Source of the DNA: Nitrospira sp.
Lineage (GTDB): Bacteria > Nitrospirota > Nitrospiria > Nitrospirales > Nitrospiraceae
Direction: 5' to 3'
NCBI GenBank assembly: GCA_029865345.1
Contig: JAOUHD010000001.1
Span: 10,488-74,487 of the forward strand
Length of the DNA stretch: 64,000 nt
Positions 17,603 through 28,241 of this stretch are shown piece by piece (the first letter of the stretch is position 1; every line of letters begins with the position of its first letter). Made by a program: the position numbers and the translations under genes. Below the pieces are notes generated by a model, which made no database searches, had not been told where the DNA came from, and saw nothing but the letters and a program-made list of their open reading frames with translations.

Positions 17603-18490
17603 ATGAGCTACCGCCCAATTCGATTGCTCCTCGTAGTGTGGTGCTGCTGGTCTGGGCCAGCTTTTCTCGCCGAGGCATCCGTCAAATCTCTGAACCAGCA
17701 AGGCAGTGCCGGCCAAACGTGGGTGCGTTTTCTCGCTGACGCGGAACGGCTCCGGTTGCCTACGAAGTTTCTAAAGGCGCTCTCACCGGACTTTATTCAG
17801 TTTGAGTTCGATGATCTTCGGACCTACGCCGCCGAGTACCATCCCGGAGAGCATCGGATGGTCCTGAACCGGTCGTTGTCCTTTAACGCTGCGGGGAGGG
17901 TTCTCAAGCCGCTTGCCCAGATGACGCACAAGGAACTGGAGGTGCTCTATCATGAACTGTTTCATGCGTATATGGATTATCTCAGTCTCATAGAGGAGCA
18001 ATCTCGTGAGGCCGGTAGCCGTTCAAAAGATCTGCTGGGCTTCGCCCGAGAGCAGCAAGTCTGTCGCTATAGTGAAGTGAAAATAGCGCCGATTGTTCAG
18101 CGACAGAATGAAATGGAGTCGCGCTACTTGACGCAGGCCGAGTCGTGGGAAGCGCTGAATGAAACATGGGCGGTCTTCATTGGCTGGACCGTGTGGAATC
18201 AGCTTGAGGTACAGCGCAAGACCGGGAAATCCATGTTTCAGGAGCGGGGACAAGCTCATCGATGGATACAGCGACTCAAAACGGCATTTGAGAAAGTGGA
18301 GCTCCGAGGGTACTATGCCCCTGAAGATCCCGCAGAACGACGTCTTGCCCAGAAGCGATATTTGGCGAAACCGTCACAGCTCACACTACGGGAAGCCGTG
18401 GTTTTAATGAAACAAGTCCTCGGTTTTCAGTATGATTTTGTTGAGCAGTTGGAAGCGTCACTTGGGGCATTTCCGGCATCTGCCTGTTAG
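17603..18490 (+). CDS. Secreted hypothetical protein with HEXXH motif (putative zincin-like metallopeptidase)
   Basis: N-terminal signal-like segment; 'LYHELFHAYMDY' plus downstream 'EALNE'. Function is inferred. Confidence 0.65.
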   Translation: MSYRPIRLLLVVWCCWSGPAFLAEASVKSLNQQGSAGQTWVRFLADAERLRLPTKFLKALSPDFIQFEFDDLRTYAAEYHPGEHRMVLNRSLSFNAAGRVLKPLAQMTHKELEVLYHELFHAYMDYLSLIEEQSREAGSRSKDLLGFAREQQVCRYSEVKIAPIVQRQNEMESRYLTQAESWEALNETWAVFIGWTVWNQLEVQRKTGKSMFQERGQAHRWIQRLKTAFEKVELRGYYAPEDPAERRLAQKRYLAKPSQLTLREAVVLMKQVLGFQYDFVEQLEASLGAFPASAC

Positions 18491-18542
18491 GCTGCCGAGG
18501 GAAAGATAAATTAAAAAAAAGTACCGGAGCCGAATTCCCCTC

Positions 18543-18571
18543 TTGACATGACGAAAGTTCATCAATAGAAT
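18543..18571 (+). promoter_or_regulatory. Strong sigma70 promoter for the tRNA-tuf operon, TTGACA-N17-TAGAAT, with upstream A-tract
   Basis: TTGACA 18543-18548, TAGAAT 18566-18571; AT tract TAAATTAAAAAAAA near 18507-18520 (UP-element-like). Confidence 0.8.
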
Positions 18572-18738
18572 CCAGCATTTCCTAACCTAGCCTGTCCGAG
18601 CACTTCAGTGAATCAATCTTTGAGGATTGAGGAAGAAAGCTGTGCACGGGTAGGTCTGCTTGTCTTTGTTGAGCGGTTGGTCGGTGAGCGCGTCTTCTGT
18701 GTGCTGGATTTGATTGATCGAGAACGATGAAGTATCGC

Positions 18739-18824
18739 GGGCAGGTACCCAAGTGGCCAAAGGGGGCAGACTGTAAATCTGCTGGCTTATGTCTTCCAAG
18801 GTTCGAATCCTTGCCTGCCCACCA
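18739..18824 (+). tRNA. tRNA-Tyr (GTA)
   Basis: Acceptor GGGCAGG/CCTGCCC-A-CCA, anticodon arm GCAGA-CT-GTA-AA-TCTGC, long variable arm, GGTTCGAATCC. Confidence 0.96.
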
Positions 18825-18932
18825 AACCGCGCTTGTGTGGGTCGGCGAGCTTCGTTTATGTAGAGTGAGCCGGATAAAAGCTTCAGGTGTTTGGCATTGA
18901 TGAATGCGTGAATCGAGAAAATTGCGGAAAAG

Positions 18933-19007
18933 GCGGGCGTAGCTCAGTGGTAGAGTTCCAGCCTTCCAAGCTGGCTGTCGTGGGTTCAAATCCCATCGCC
19001 CGCTCCA
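18933..19007 (+). tRNA. tRNA-Gly (TCC)
   Basis: GCGGGCG/CGCCCGC-T-CCA; anticodon arm CCAGC-CT-TCC-AA-GCTGG; GGTTCAAATCC. Confidence 0.96.
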
Positions 19008-19112
19008 AGAAAAAGGTGCTAGGGCGGTAAGAGTCAATTGGCGAGCGGTGGCAATCAATTATTAGTAGTGGAGAGAGGGCTAGGTTCACGAATGACCTCT
19101 GGCGTGTCGAAT

Positions 19113-19188
19113 GCCCACGTAGCTCAGTTGGTAGAGCACGTCCTTGGTAAGGACGAGGTCACGCGTTCGATCCGCGTCGTGGGCTCCA
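19113..19188 (+). tRNA. tRNA-Thr (GGT)
   Basis: GCCCACG/CGTGGGC-T-CCA; anticodon arm CGTCC-TT-GGT-AA-GGACG; GTTCGATCC. Confidence 0.96.
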
Positions 19189-19271
19189 TGCAGGGCTTGT
19201 TTGATCTAGGGTGGAAGCAGTAGGGCGCGATGGGTTGACACCTTCAGTGTTCTAGACAAAGGGGTGGCATT

Positions 19272-20477
<1,206 letters not shown>

Positions 20478-20558
20478 CGAAGCAAGTGGACAGGGAGTAA
20501 GTCAACGCGAGAGTGCGTGTTGGCTGCGATCTTGTCGGTTTGTATCGAGGAGAAAGAG

Positions 20559-20708
20559 ATGCGTGAAATCATTAGCATGGCTTGTACGCTCTGCAAGCAG
20601 CGGAATTACTCGACCATGAAAAACAAGAAGAACGATCCGGATCGGTTGGAGCGAAGCAAGTTTTGTAAGTTTTGCCGCAAGCACGTGCCTCATAAAGAGG
20701 TGAAATAG
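20559..20708 (+). CDS. rpmG: 50S ribosomal protein L33 (Zn-binding CxxC...CxxC form)
   Basis: [45 protein letters not shown]; ATG 20559 behind GAGGAG. Confidence 0.96.
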   Translation: MREIISMACTLCKQRNYSTMKNKKNDPDRLERSKFCKFCRKHVPHKEVK

Positions 20709-20789
20709 GCCGAGGCGAGAGGGATGATGGAATCGTTCGGGGTGGAGTGCCTCGCCGATTGGCTGATGCCTCAGACCTTGCGTTCGAGT

Positions 20790-20864
20790 AGGGGCATGGT
20801 GTCAATGGTAGCACATCGGTCTCCAAAACCGAGAGTCTAGGTTCAAATCCTAGTGCCCCTGCCA
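20790..20864 (+). tRNA. tRNA-Trp (CCA)
   Basis: AGGGGCA/TGCCCCT-G-CCA; anticodon arm TCGGT-CT-CCA-AA-ACCGA; canonical rpmG-tRNA-Trp-secE position. Confidence 0.95.
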
Positions 20865-21055
20865 AGTCTCGTGTACACGATCCGGAGGGCTGTCGGAATT
20901 GAGCTCGATGTGTGGTGAGCCCTGTAAGTTTTTTGTGGGTAATAGATAGGAGTGGATTGCAGCATCAATTGGCCTTGCAATCGGAGCTGGCAGATTGGGC
21001 GTGATGGGTGTGAGTCAGTTATTCGGATTGACGTGATTAGGCAACGGAGTCACAG

Positions 21056-21250
21056 ATGTTTAAGCGCATGACAGAGACGATTCGACTGTTCGTGACGGAC
21101 GTGCGGGCAGAGCTAAAAAAGGTTTCCTTTCCGAGTCGCGCGGAAACCATCGGGTCAACGACGGTGGTGATCGTGTTTTGTATTATAATGTCTCTGTACT
21201 TATCCGTCATTGACTCATTCCTTTCATGGTTGGTTGCGAAATTCATCTAA
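21056..21250 (+). CDS. secE: Preprotein translocase subunit SecE
   Basis: 'F..DVRAELKKVSFPSR.E....T.VVIVF' with single TM; synteny. Confidence 0.95.
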   Translation: MFKRMTETIRLFVTDVRAELKKVSFPSRAETIGSTTVVIVFCIIMSLYLSVIDSFLSWLVAKFI

Positions 21251-21313
21251 ATCTGGCGAGAAGAGGAATTTGGGGAAGTTGGCGGTAATTCATCGAAGGC
21301 ATGAGGGTGGTGC

Positions 21314-21850
21314 ATGACAAAGAACTGGTACGTCATTCATACGTACGCGGGTTTTGAGGGGCGAGTGAAGACCAGCCTCATGGAGCGTGCCAATCAAATG
21401 GGGCTTGTTGAAAAGCTCGGGCAGGTGCTCGTTCCGACAGAGGATGTCATTGAAATTAAGGACGGGAAGCGACGGACTTCTCGGCGAAAGTTCTATCCGG
21501 GCTACGTCCTTGTGGAGTTGGAGTCTCCGTTGGGGGATAACACCGTCCAGATGATCAAGGAGACGCCAAAAGTGACTGGATTCGTTGGGGGCGGCGCGGT
21601 GCCGACACCTCTGACCAGTGATGAGGTGGAGGCCTTGCTCAAGCAGGTCGATGCGGGTCAAGCCGAGCCTCGGGAGCAGGTCAAGTTCATTAAGAGCGAT
21701 AACGTTCGCATTATCGATGGGCCTTTCCTTGGGTTTAATGGGGTGGTTGAGGAGGTCGATCAGGATCATAGTCGGGTGAAGGTGATGGTGAGCATTTTTG
21801 GTCGGTCGACCCCTGTGGAATTGGGCTTTTTGCAGGTTGAACGGATTTAA
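21314..21850 (+). CDS. nusG: Transcription termination/antitermination factor NusG
   Basis: WYVIHTYAGFE, FYPGYVLVE, KOW 'VRIIDGPF.GFNG', SIFGRSTPVEL. Confidence 0.98.
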   Translation: MTKNWYVIHTYAGFEGRVKTSLMERANQMGLVEKLGQVLVPTEDVIEIKDGKRRTSRRKFYPGYVLVELESPLGDNTVQMIKETPKVTGFVGGGAVPTPLTSDEVEALLKQVDAGQAEPREQVKFIKSDNVRIIDGPFLGFNGVVEEVDQDHSRVKVMVSIFGRSTPVELGFLQVERI

Positions 21851-21928
21851 GCCGATCGGTCGATGTCGGTCTTCAGTCGTGTGAGGGCTGAAGGTTGAGT
21901 GTCGATCGCGAAGGAGAAAGAGAGCGAC

Positions 21929-22354
21929 ATGGCGAAAGAAGTTTCGGCACAGATCAAGTTGCAAATTCCGGCTGGCAAGGCCAATCCGGCTCCTCCTGTC
22001 GGTCCCTCCTTGGGACAACATGGGGTCAATATTATGGAGTTTTGTAAGCAGTTCAATGCCAAGACCCAGAAGGACGGGGATAGTATTATCCCTGTCATCA
22101 TTACGGTCTACAAGGACCGTACCTTTAGCTTTATCATGAAGACTCCCCCGGCGTCTGACCTCCTCAAGAAGGCCGCTGGGATTATCAAGGGATCTGGTGT
22201 GCCGCAGAAAGATAAAGTAGGGAAAATCACCAGGCAACAGCTGGACGAAATTGCTCGGAAGAAGATGGCCGATCTGAATGCAGCTGATGTGGAGGGGGCG
22301 ACGAAAATCATCGAAGGTACTGCCCGTAGTATGGGTGTCGTTATTCAAGGCTAA
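21929..22354 (+). CDS. rplK: 50S ribosomal protein L11
   Basis: [32 protein letters not shown]; ATG 21929. Confidence 0.98.
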   Translation: MAKEVSAQIKLQIPAGKANPAPPVGPSLGQHGVNIMEFCKQFNAKTQKDGDSIIPVIITVYKDRTFSFIMKTPPASDLLKKAAGIIKGSGVPQKDKVGKITRQQLDEIARKKMADLNAADVEGATKIIEGTARSMGVVIQG

Positions 22355-22380
22355 TGCCAAGATCGAAGGAGCGTCTGGTC

Positions 22381-23073
22381 ATGGGAAAGAAAATGAATGC
22401 GGCGATCAAAAATCTTGAGCCGCGTGTCTATGGGTTGCGCGAGGCCGTTGAAGCCGTGAAACGATCAGCCTATGCGAAGTTTGACGAATCGGTTGATCTT
22501 GCGCTGAGGCTGGGAATCGATCCGAAGCGCTCGGATCAGCTGGTTCGAGGGACGGCGTCGCTTCCTCACGGCACAGGGAAAAAGGTTCGCGTCTTGGTAT
22601 TTGCCAAGGGTGAAAAGGAGCAGGAGGCGCGACAAGCCGGGGCTGACTATGTTGGGGCTGACGACTTGATGGAGAAAGTCAAGGGCGGATGGATGGAGTT
22701 CGATTGCGCGATTTCCACGCCGGATCTTATGGCCTCGGTCGGGAAGCTCGGTAAAGTGCTCGGACCTCGCGGATTGATGCCGAACCCTAAGACCGGCACC
22801 GTGACCTTCGAAGTTGGGAAAGCGGTCGCTGATATTCGGAAAGGGCGTGTAGAGTTCAAGGTTGAGAAAGCCGGTATCGTGCATGTGCCGGTCGGAAAAG
22901 TGTCCTTCGATACTGCGAAGCTGTACGACAATGCCTCGGCCATCATTGAATCCGTCATCAAGGCAAAGCCTGCCTCCTGTAAGGGGCGTTATCTCAAGAG
23001 TGCCACGATTGCGAGCACGATGGGGCCTGGTGTGACATTGGATACCGTTACGCTGACCAAACAGTGGAGTTGA
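22381..23073 (+). CDS. rplA: 50S ribosomal protein L1
   Basis: [36 protein letters not shown]. Confidence 0.98.
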   Translation: MGKKMNAAIKNLEPRVYGLREAVEAVKRSAYAKFDESVDLALRLGIDPKRSDQLVRGTASLPHGTGKKVRVLVFAKGEKEQEARQAGADYVGADDLMEKVKGGWMEFDCAISTPDLMASVGKLGKVLGPRGLMPNPKTGTVTFEVGKAVADIRKGRVEFKVEKAGIVHVPVGKVSFDTAKLYDNASAIIESVIKAKPASCKGRYLKSATIASTMGPGVTLDTVTLTKQWS

Positions 23074-23159
23074 GACACGCGTTCAGCGTGAATCGTTCCT
23101 CGCGATTCGCTGGACGGATGATATTGGGCGGATAACGAATAGCGACCAGAGAGGGAGCG

Positions 23160-24095
23160 ATGAAGAAGGAAGAGAAAGTTACGGCAGTGGCGGAGTTGAC
23201 CGAAAAATTCGGTCGCGCCCGGCTGGCTATCCTGACGGAATGCGTCGGACTTCCGGTCAATCAGGTCACCGAGTTGCGCAAGCAGCTCCGCGGGGCAAAG
23301 GCAGAATATCGAATCGTGAAGAATACGCTTGCGGCGCGTGCCGCCGAAGGGACGGACTTGGCCGGACTCACGGTTCATCTCAAGGGACCGACCGGAGTCG
23401 TCATCGGGTACGACGATCCGGTGTTGCCGACCAAGGTGTTGAAGGACTTCATCGGTGCTGAAAAGCGGGACCAGAAGATTCGCATCACGGCCGGGGTGCT
23501 GGAAGGCAAGATTCTCCAGCCGGCTGAACTGGCAGCCGTTGCGAAACTGCCGAAGAAGGAAGTGCTGATTGCGATGTTGCTGTCGGCCATGCAGGGGCCG
23601 ATTCGTGGAGTCGTCTATACGTTGAGTGCGGTCTTGTCAAAGTTTGTACGAGTCATTGCAGCCATTCAGGATAAACGGAAAGGAGAAGGGGACATGCCAG
23701 CTACAGAGGGAAAGTTATCACAAGAGGAATTGATTAAGGCGATCGAAGGAATGAGCGTGCTCGACCTGGCCGAATTAGTGAAAGGGTTAGAGACGCGGTT
23801 TGGTGTGACAGCGGCGGCTCCGGTTGCTATGGCAGCGGCGCCGGCTGCAGGTGGTGGGGCGGCGGCTCCTGCTGAAGAGCAGACGGCATTCGACGTCATT
23901 CTCGCGTCGGTACCGGCGGACAAGAAGATCCAAATCATCAAGGTGGTTCGCGAGTTGACGAGTCTCGGTTTGAAGGAAGCCAAGGACCTTGTAGAGGGTG
24001 CACCGAAGCCAGTCAAGACTGGGGTGGCTAAGGAAGAAGCCGACACGATGAAGAAGAAGCTCGAAGAAAGCGGTGCCAAGGTCGAAGTCAAGTAA
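23160..24095 (+). CDS. rplJ-rplL: In-frame fusion of 50S ribosomal proteins L10 (codons 1-~173) and L7/L12 (from Met179)
   Basis: L10 motifs ([31 protein letters not shown]) run without a stop into L12 motifs ([60 protein letters not shown]). Confidence 0.93.
   Translation: MKKEEKVTAVAELTEKFGRARLAILTECVGLPVNQVTELRKQLRGAKAEYRIVKNTLAARAAEGTDLAGLTVHLKGPTGVVIGYDDPVLPTKVLKDFIGAEKRDQKIRITAGVLEGKILQPAELAAVAKLPKKEVLIAMLLSAMQGPIRGVVYTLSAVLSKFVRVIAAIQDKRKGEGDMPATEGKLSQEELIKAIEGMSVLDLAELVKGLETRFGVTAAAPVAMAAAPAAGGGAAAPAEEQTAFDVILASVPADKKIQIIKVVRELTSLGLKEAKDLVEGAPKPVKTGVAKEEADTMKKKLEESGAKVEVK
23681..23696 (+). promoter_or_regulatory. Internal ribosome-binding site AGGAG-N8-ATG for L7/L12 inside the fused ORF
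   Basis: AGGAG 23681-23685, ATG 23694-23696 in frame; would yield a 133-aa L12. Confidence 0.75.
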
Positions 24096-24220
24096 GGAAG
24101 CGAGTTCGTCATAGTTGCGGCTGTTCTGGTGTTCGCCGAAGGCGGAGGTCTCTCTATGTTACGGGAATCTGTCGTCAGCGGTGACTGCTGTTCACCGCCA
24201 ACCAGCGTGGAGGAGTAGGC

Positions 24221-27200
24221 ATGTCCGAAACGACTCTGCAGGAGTTCGTCGAGCGGAAAGATTTTTCTCGCATTCGAACCAATATCGATATTCCGGATCT
24301 GATTGAAATACAGAAGCGCTCCTACGAAGAGTTTTTGCAGTTTGAGGTCGAATCGGAGCGCCGGAAGGATCATGGATTGCAGGCGGCCTTGGCCAGCGTG
24401 TTTCCGATTCCAGATTATAACAACACGGCCGTGCTCGAGTTTTCGAGTTATACCTTAGGGACGCCAAAGTACGACGAGCGAGAATGTCTTGAGCAGGGTA
24501 TGACCTACGCGGTTCCGTTGAAGCTGCGTGTCCGTCTGGTGGTGTTAGATAAAGAAGATAAGGGTCCGCGCAAGAAAGTGCTCGATGTACGCGAGCAAGA
24601 AGTCTATGTCGGTGAATTGCCGCTCATGACCGAGCGCGGGACATTTATCGTCAACGGGACCGAGCGCGTCGTCGTCAGTCAGCTGCACCGGTCGCCGGGC
24701 GCGTCGTTTACGCATGATAAGGGCAGGACTCATGCCAGCGGCAAGGTGTTGTATTCGGCCCGCATTATTCCGTATCGGGGCTCATGGCTCGATTTCGAGT
24801 TTGATGCCAGGGATATTCTTTATGTGCGGATCGATCGTCGTCGGAAAATGCCGACTACTATTCTGTTGAAGGCCTTCGGCTTTTCGAGCGACGACTTGCT
24901 GAAGATGTACTACCCTGTCGAAGAAATTCGCGTGTCCCAGGGGAAGATGTTCCGCAAGCTGGATCCAGAAATCCACCATGGACTTCGCTGTTCCGCTGAA
25001 GTGACGGATAAGAGTGGTAAAGAGATCTTGGTACGAGAGGGGGCCAGGCTGACGAAGGGGATGATTGCCAAGCTGAAGGCTGCTGGAGTGAAGGAGATTC
25101 CCTTGTTGCCTGCGGAGTTGGTGGGTCGTGCCACCCTTACGGAATTGGTTGACTCGAAGAAGAGCGTGTTGGCGGAGAAAAATCAGCGATTGACTGCCGA
25201 GATCGTGGAGCAGATCACTGAAAGCGATGTTGAGGAATTCAAGGTCATTTATCTGGATATGGCAACTGCTACGCCGGTCATTCTTGATACCTTGTTGATG
25301 GAGAAGATCGGGTCAAAAGAAGAAGCGATGGTCGAAATATACCGTCGCCTCCGTCCCGGTGAGACACCGTCGGTGGATACAGCCAGAGCCTTATTCGACA
25401 ATCTATTTCTGAATTCCAAGCGCTATGATTTGTCTCCGGTCGGTCGGCTCAAGCTCAATAAGAAGCTCGGTTTGGACTTACCGCTCGAGCAGCGTACCTT
25501 GACCGCACAGGACATCGTGGAAGTCGTCCGCTATATCGTCAATCTGAAGATCGGCAAAGGGGAAATCGACGATATTGATCACTTGGGGAATCGCCGGGTG
25601 CGATCCGTCGGTGAACTCTTGGAAAATCAATTCCGACTGGGCTTGGTGCGGATGGAGCGGAGCATCAAAGAGCGTATGAATCTTCTCGATATGGAAACGG
25701 TGCTACCGCACGACTTGATCAATGCTAAGCCGGTCGTCGCGGCCGTCAAGGAGTTTTTCAGCAGCAGCCAGCTGTCTCAATTTATGGATCAGACGAACCC
25801 CCTGGCTGAAATCACACATAAACGGCGTCTATCTGCTCTTGGCCCAGGAGGACTCACGAGGGAACGGGCTGGGTTCGAAGTTCGAGACGTGCATCCGTCT
25901 CACTACAGCCGTATTTGCCCGATTGAGACACCGGAAGGTCCTAATATCGGCTTGATTACATCGCTGGCCACTTATGCACGGATCAACCAGTTCGGATTCA
26001 TTGAGGCACCATATCGGAAGGTCGTCAAGGGACGTGTAACTGATGAGATTGAGTTTCTCTCGGCGATCGAGGGCGATAAATACATCATCGCCCAAGCCAA
26101 CTCAAAATTGGATGGGTCGTCCAAGCTGGTATCGGAAACCGTCTCGTGTCGTCACGGTGGAGACTTTGTTCTGGCCGCCCCGGATAAGATTGAGTACATG
26201 GACGTGTCGCCAAAGCAAGTGGTGAGCGTGGCGACCGCGCTCGTGCCGTTCTTGGAGCATGACGACGCCAATCGTGCACTGATGGGTTCCAATATGCAGC
26301 GCCAGGCGGTTCCGTTGGTCACATCGGAGGCTCCTCTGGTGGGGACCGGGATGGAAGCGGTGGTCGCGCGAGATTCTGGGTATGTTATCCAGGCTCGTCG
26401 GGCCGGGGTCGTGGAGAGCGTCGATGCTACCCGCATCGTCGTGCGGGCCGATTCGAAGGATTCGAAGGATGGGAAGGATGGGAAGAAGGGGAAGGATTCC
26501 GGGCTGGACGTCTATGACTTGATCAAGTTTCAGCGATCGAACCAAAATACCTGTATTACTCAGACGCCAGTGGTTCGGCTTGGCCAGCCGGTTAAGAAGG
26601 GGCAGGTGCTTGGAGATGGACCGGCCATTGATCATGGCGAGCTCGCGTTGGGCAAGAATGTCCTTGTGGCGTTCATGCCCTGGGGTGGGTACAACTTCGA
26701 GGACGCCATATTGCTGAGTGAAAAACTGGTCCGCGAAGACGCCTTCACGTCGATCCATATCGAAGAGTTCGAGGTGGAAGCGCGGGATACCAAGCTGGGG
26801 AAGGAAGATGTCACGCGCGATATTCCCAATGTCGGAGAAGAGGCGCTGAGAAATTTGGACGAGAGCGGGATTATCCGGATCGGTGCCGAAGTAAAGCCTG
26901 GCGATATTTTGGTCGGAAAGGTGACGCCGAAAGGGGAAACCCAGCTGACCCCGGAAGAGAAACTGCTCCGTGCGATCTTTGGTGAGAAGGCCGGCGATGT
27001 GAAGGATACATCGTTGACCGTGCCTCCTGGAGTGGAAGGTATCGTAGTCGACGTCAAGATTTTCTCTCGCAAAGGACTCGACAAAGATGAGCGTTCAAAG
27101 AGCATCGAGGCTGACGATCAGATAAAGTTGCAACGTGATCACCATGAAGAGCTACGGATCATTGATGAGGAAAAAACGAAAAAGATTCGCAAGCTCTTGC

Positions 27201-28195
27201 TGGGGAAGGTCGTTGGACGTGATCTGATGGACCCTGAGAGTGGCGACGTTATCTTGAAGAAGAAGGGTAAGATGACGGCGGAGATTCTTAAACGATTGCC
27301 AGACGACACGGTGCGTCACATCCTCCTGAGTGATCCTGACGAGCAAAAAGAGCTGGAAGATGTTGAGCGACGGGCGAAAGAGCAGATTGAAATTCTCCAG
27401 ACGTTGTACGATGAAAAGGTGGGGCGCTTAAAACGAGGTGATGAACTGCCTCCTGGTGTCATCAAGCTTGTTAAGGTCTACGTCGCCATGAAGCGCAAGA
27501 TTCAGGTCGGAGACAAAATGGCCGGTCGACACGGCAATAAGGGTGTCGTATCTCGAGTGTTACCAGAAGAAGATATGCCCTATCTTCCGGATGGGACCCC
27601 GGTGGAAATCGTATTGAATCCTCTGGGTGTGCCGTCCCGTATGAACGTCGGGCAAATTCTTGAGACTCACCTTGGATGGGCAGCTAAGGCCTTGGGCATC
27701 CAGGTGGCCAGTCCGGTCTTCGATGGCGCGTCCGAGAAGGAAATTAAGGACCTGCTGAAAAAAGCCAAACTGCCGGTGAGTGGCCAGTCGCAGCTCATCG
27801 ATGGCAAGACGGGCGAGCCGTTCAGTAGTCCGGTCACGATCGGGTATATGTACGTGCTGAAGCTCCACCATCTGGTGGACGACAAGATTCACGCACGATC
27901 GATCGGCCCCTATTCTCTCGTGACTCAGCAGCCTCTTGGCGGCAAGGCTCAATTTGGGGGTCAGCGGCTTGGAGAAATGGAAGTCTGGGCGCTACAGGCA
28001 TATGGGGCGGCATCAACGCTTCAAGAATTCCTGACCGTCAAGTCAGACGATGTGCCGGGTCGCTCTCGCATGTATGAAGCGATTGTCAAAGGTGAACCGT
28101 TCCTCGAGCCCGGGTTGCCTGAGTCGTTCAATGTGTTGGTGAAGGAACTGCAGAGCTTGGGACTCGATATTGAGCTGGTTAAGACGCAAGACTAA
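24221..28195 (+). CDS. rpoB: RNA polymerase beta subunit
   Basis: [54 protein letters not shown]. Confidence 0.99.
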   Translation: MSETTLQEFVERKDFSRIRTNIDIPDLIEIQKRSYEEFLQFEVESERRKDHGLQAALASVFPIPDYNNTAVLEFSSYTLGTPKYDERECLEQGMTYAVPLKLRVRLVVLDKEDKGPRKKVLDVREQEVYVGELPLMTERGTFIVNGTERVVVSQLHRSPGASFTHDKGRTHASGKVLYSARIIPYRGSWLDFEFDARDILYVRIDRRRKMPTTILLKAFGFSSDDLLKMYYPVEEIRVSQGKMFRKLDPEIHHGLRCSAEVTDKSGKEILVREGARLTKGMIAKLKAAGVKEIPLLPAELVGRATLTELVDSKKSVLAEKNQRLTAEIVEQITESDVEEFKVIYLDMATATPVILDTLLMEKIGSKEEAMVEIYRRLRPGETPSVDTARALFDNLFLNSKRYDLSPVGRLKLNKKLGLDLPLEQRTLTAQDIVEVVRYIVNLKIGKGEIDDIDHLGNRRVRSVGELLENQFRLGLVRMERSIKERMNLLDMETVLPHDLINAKPVVAAVKEFFSSSQLSQFMDQTNPLAEITHKRRLSALGPGGLTRERAGFEVRDVHPSHYSRICPIETPEGPNIGLITSLATYARINQFGFIEAPYRKVVKGRVTDEIEFLSAIEGDKYIIAQANSKLDGSSKLVSETVSCRHGGDFVLAAPDKIEYMDVSPKQVVSVATALVPFLEHDDANRALMGSNMQRQAVPLVTSEAPLVGTGMEAVVARDSGYVIQARRAGVVESVDATRIVVRADSKDSKDGKDGKKGKDSGLDVYDLIKFQRSNQNTCITQTPVVRLGQPVKKGQVLGDGPAIDHGELALGKNVLVAFMPWGGYNFEDAILLSEKLVREDAFTSIHIEEFEVEARDTKLGKEDVTRDIPNVGEEALRNLDESGIIRIGAEVKPGDILVGKVTPKGETQLTPEEKLLRAIFGEKAGDVKDTSLTVPPGVEGIVVDVKIFSRKGLDKDERSKSIEADDQIKLQRDHHEELRIIDEEKTKKIRKLLLGKVVGRDLMDPESGDVILKKKGKMTAEILKRLPDDTVRHILLSDPDEQKELEDVERRAKEQIEILQTLYDEKVGRLKRGDELPPGVIKLVKVYVAMKRKIQVGDKMAGRHGNKGVVSRVLPEEDMPYLPDGTPVEIVLNPLGVPSRMNVGQILETHLGWAAKALGIQVASPVFDGASEKEIKDLLKKAKLPVSGQSQLIDGKTGEPFSSPVTIGYMYVLKLHHLVDDKIHARSIGPYSLVTQQPLGGKAQFGGQRLGEMEVWALQAYGAASTLQEFLTVKSDDVPGRSRMYEAIVKGEPFLEPGLPESFNVLVKELQSLGLDIELVKTQD
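26450..26500 (+). repeat. In-frame 9-bp tandem repeat in rpoB ([17 protein letters not shown])
   Basis: GATTCGAAG x2, GATGGGAAG x2, AAGGGGAAG, GATTCC. Confidence 0.8.
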
Positions 28196-28241
28196 CCGCT
28201 TGTGTGCCGGCTGAAGACCGGTATCAGAGGAGGTCACTACC

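Noticed and set aside
25768-25843. Intrinsic rifampicin-resistance substitutions in rpoB (and streptomycin resistance in rpsL)
   Set aside because: Key residues are the sensitive type (SQFMDQ..PL.EITHKRR.SALG; S12 PKKPNS).
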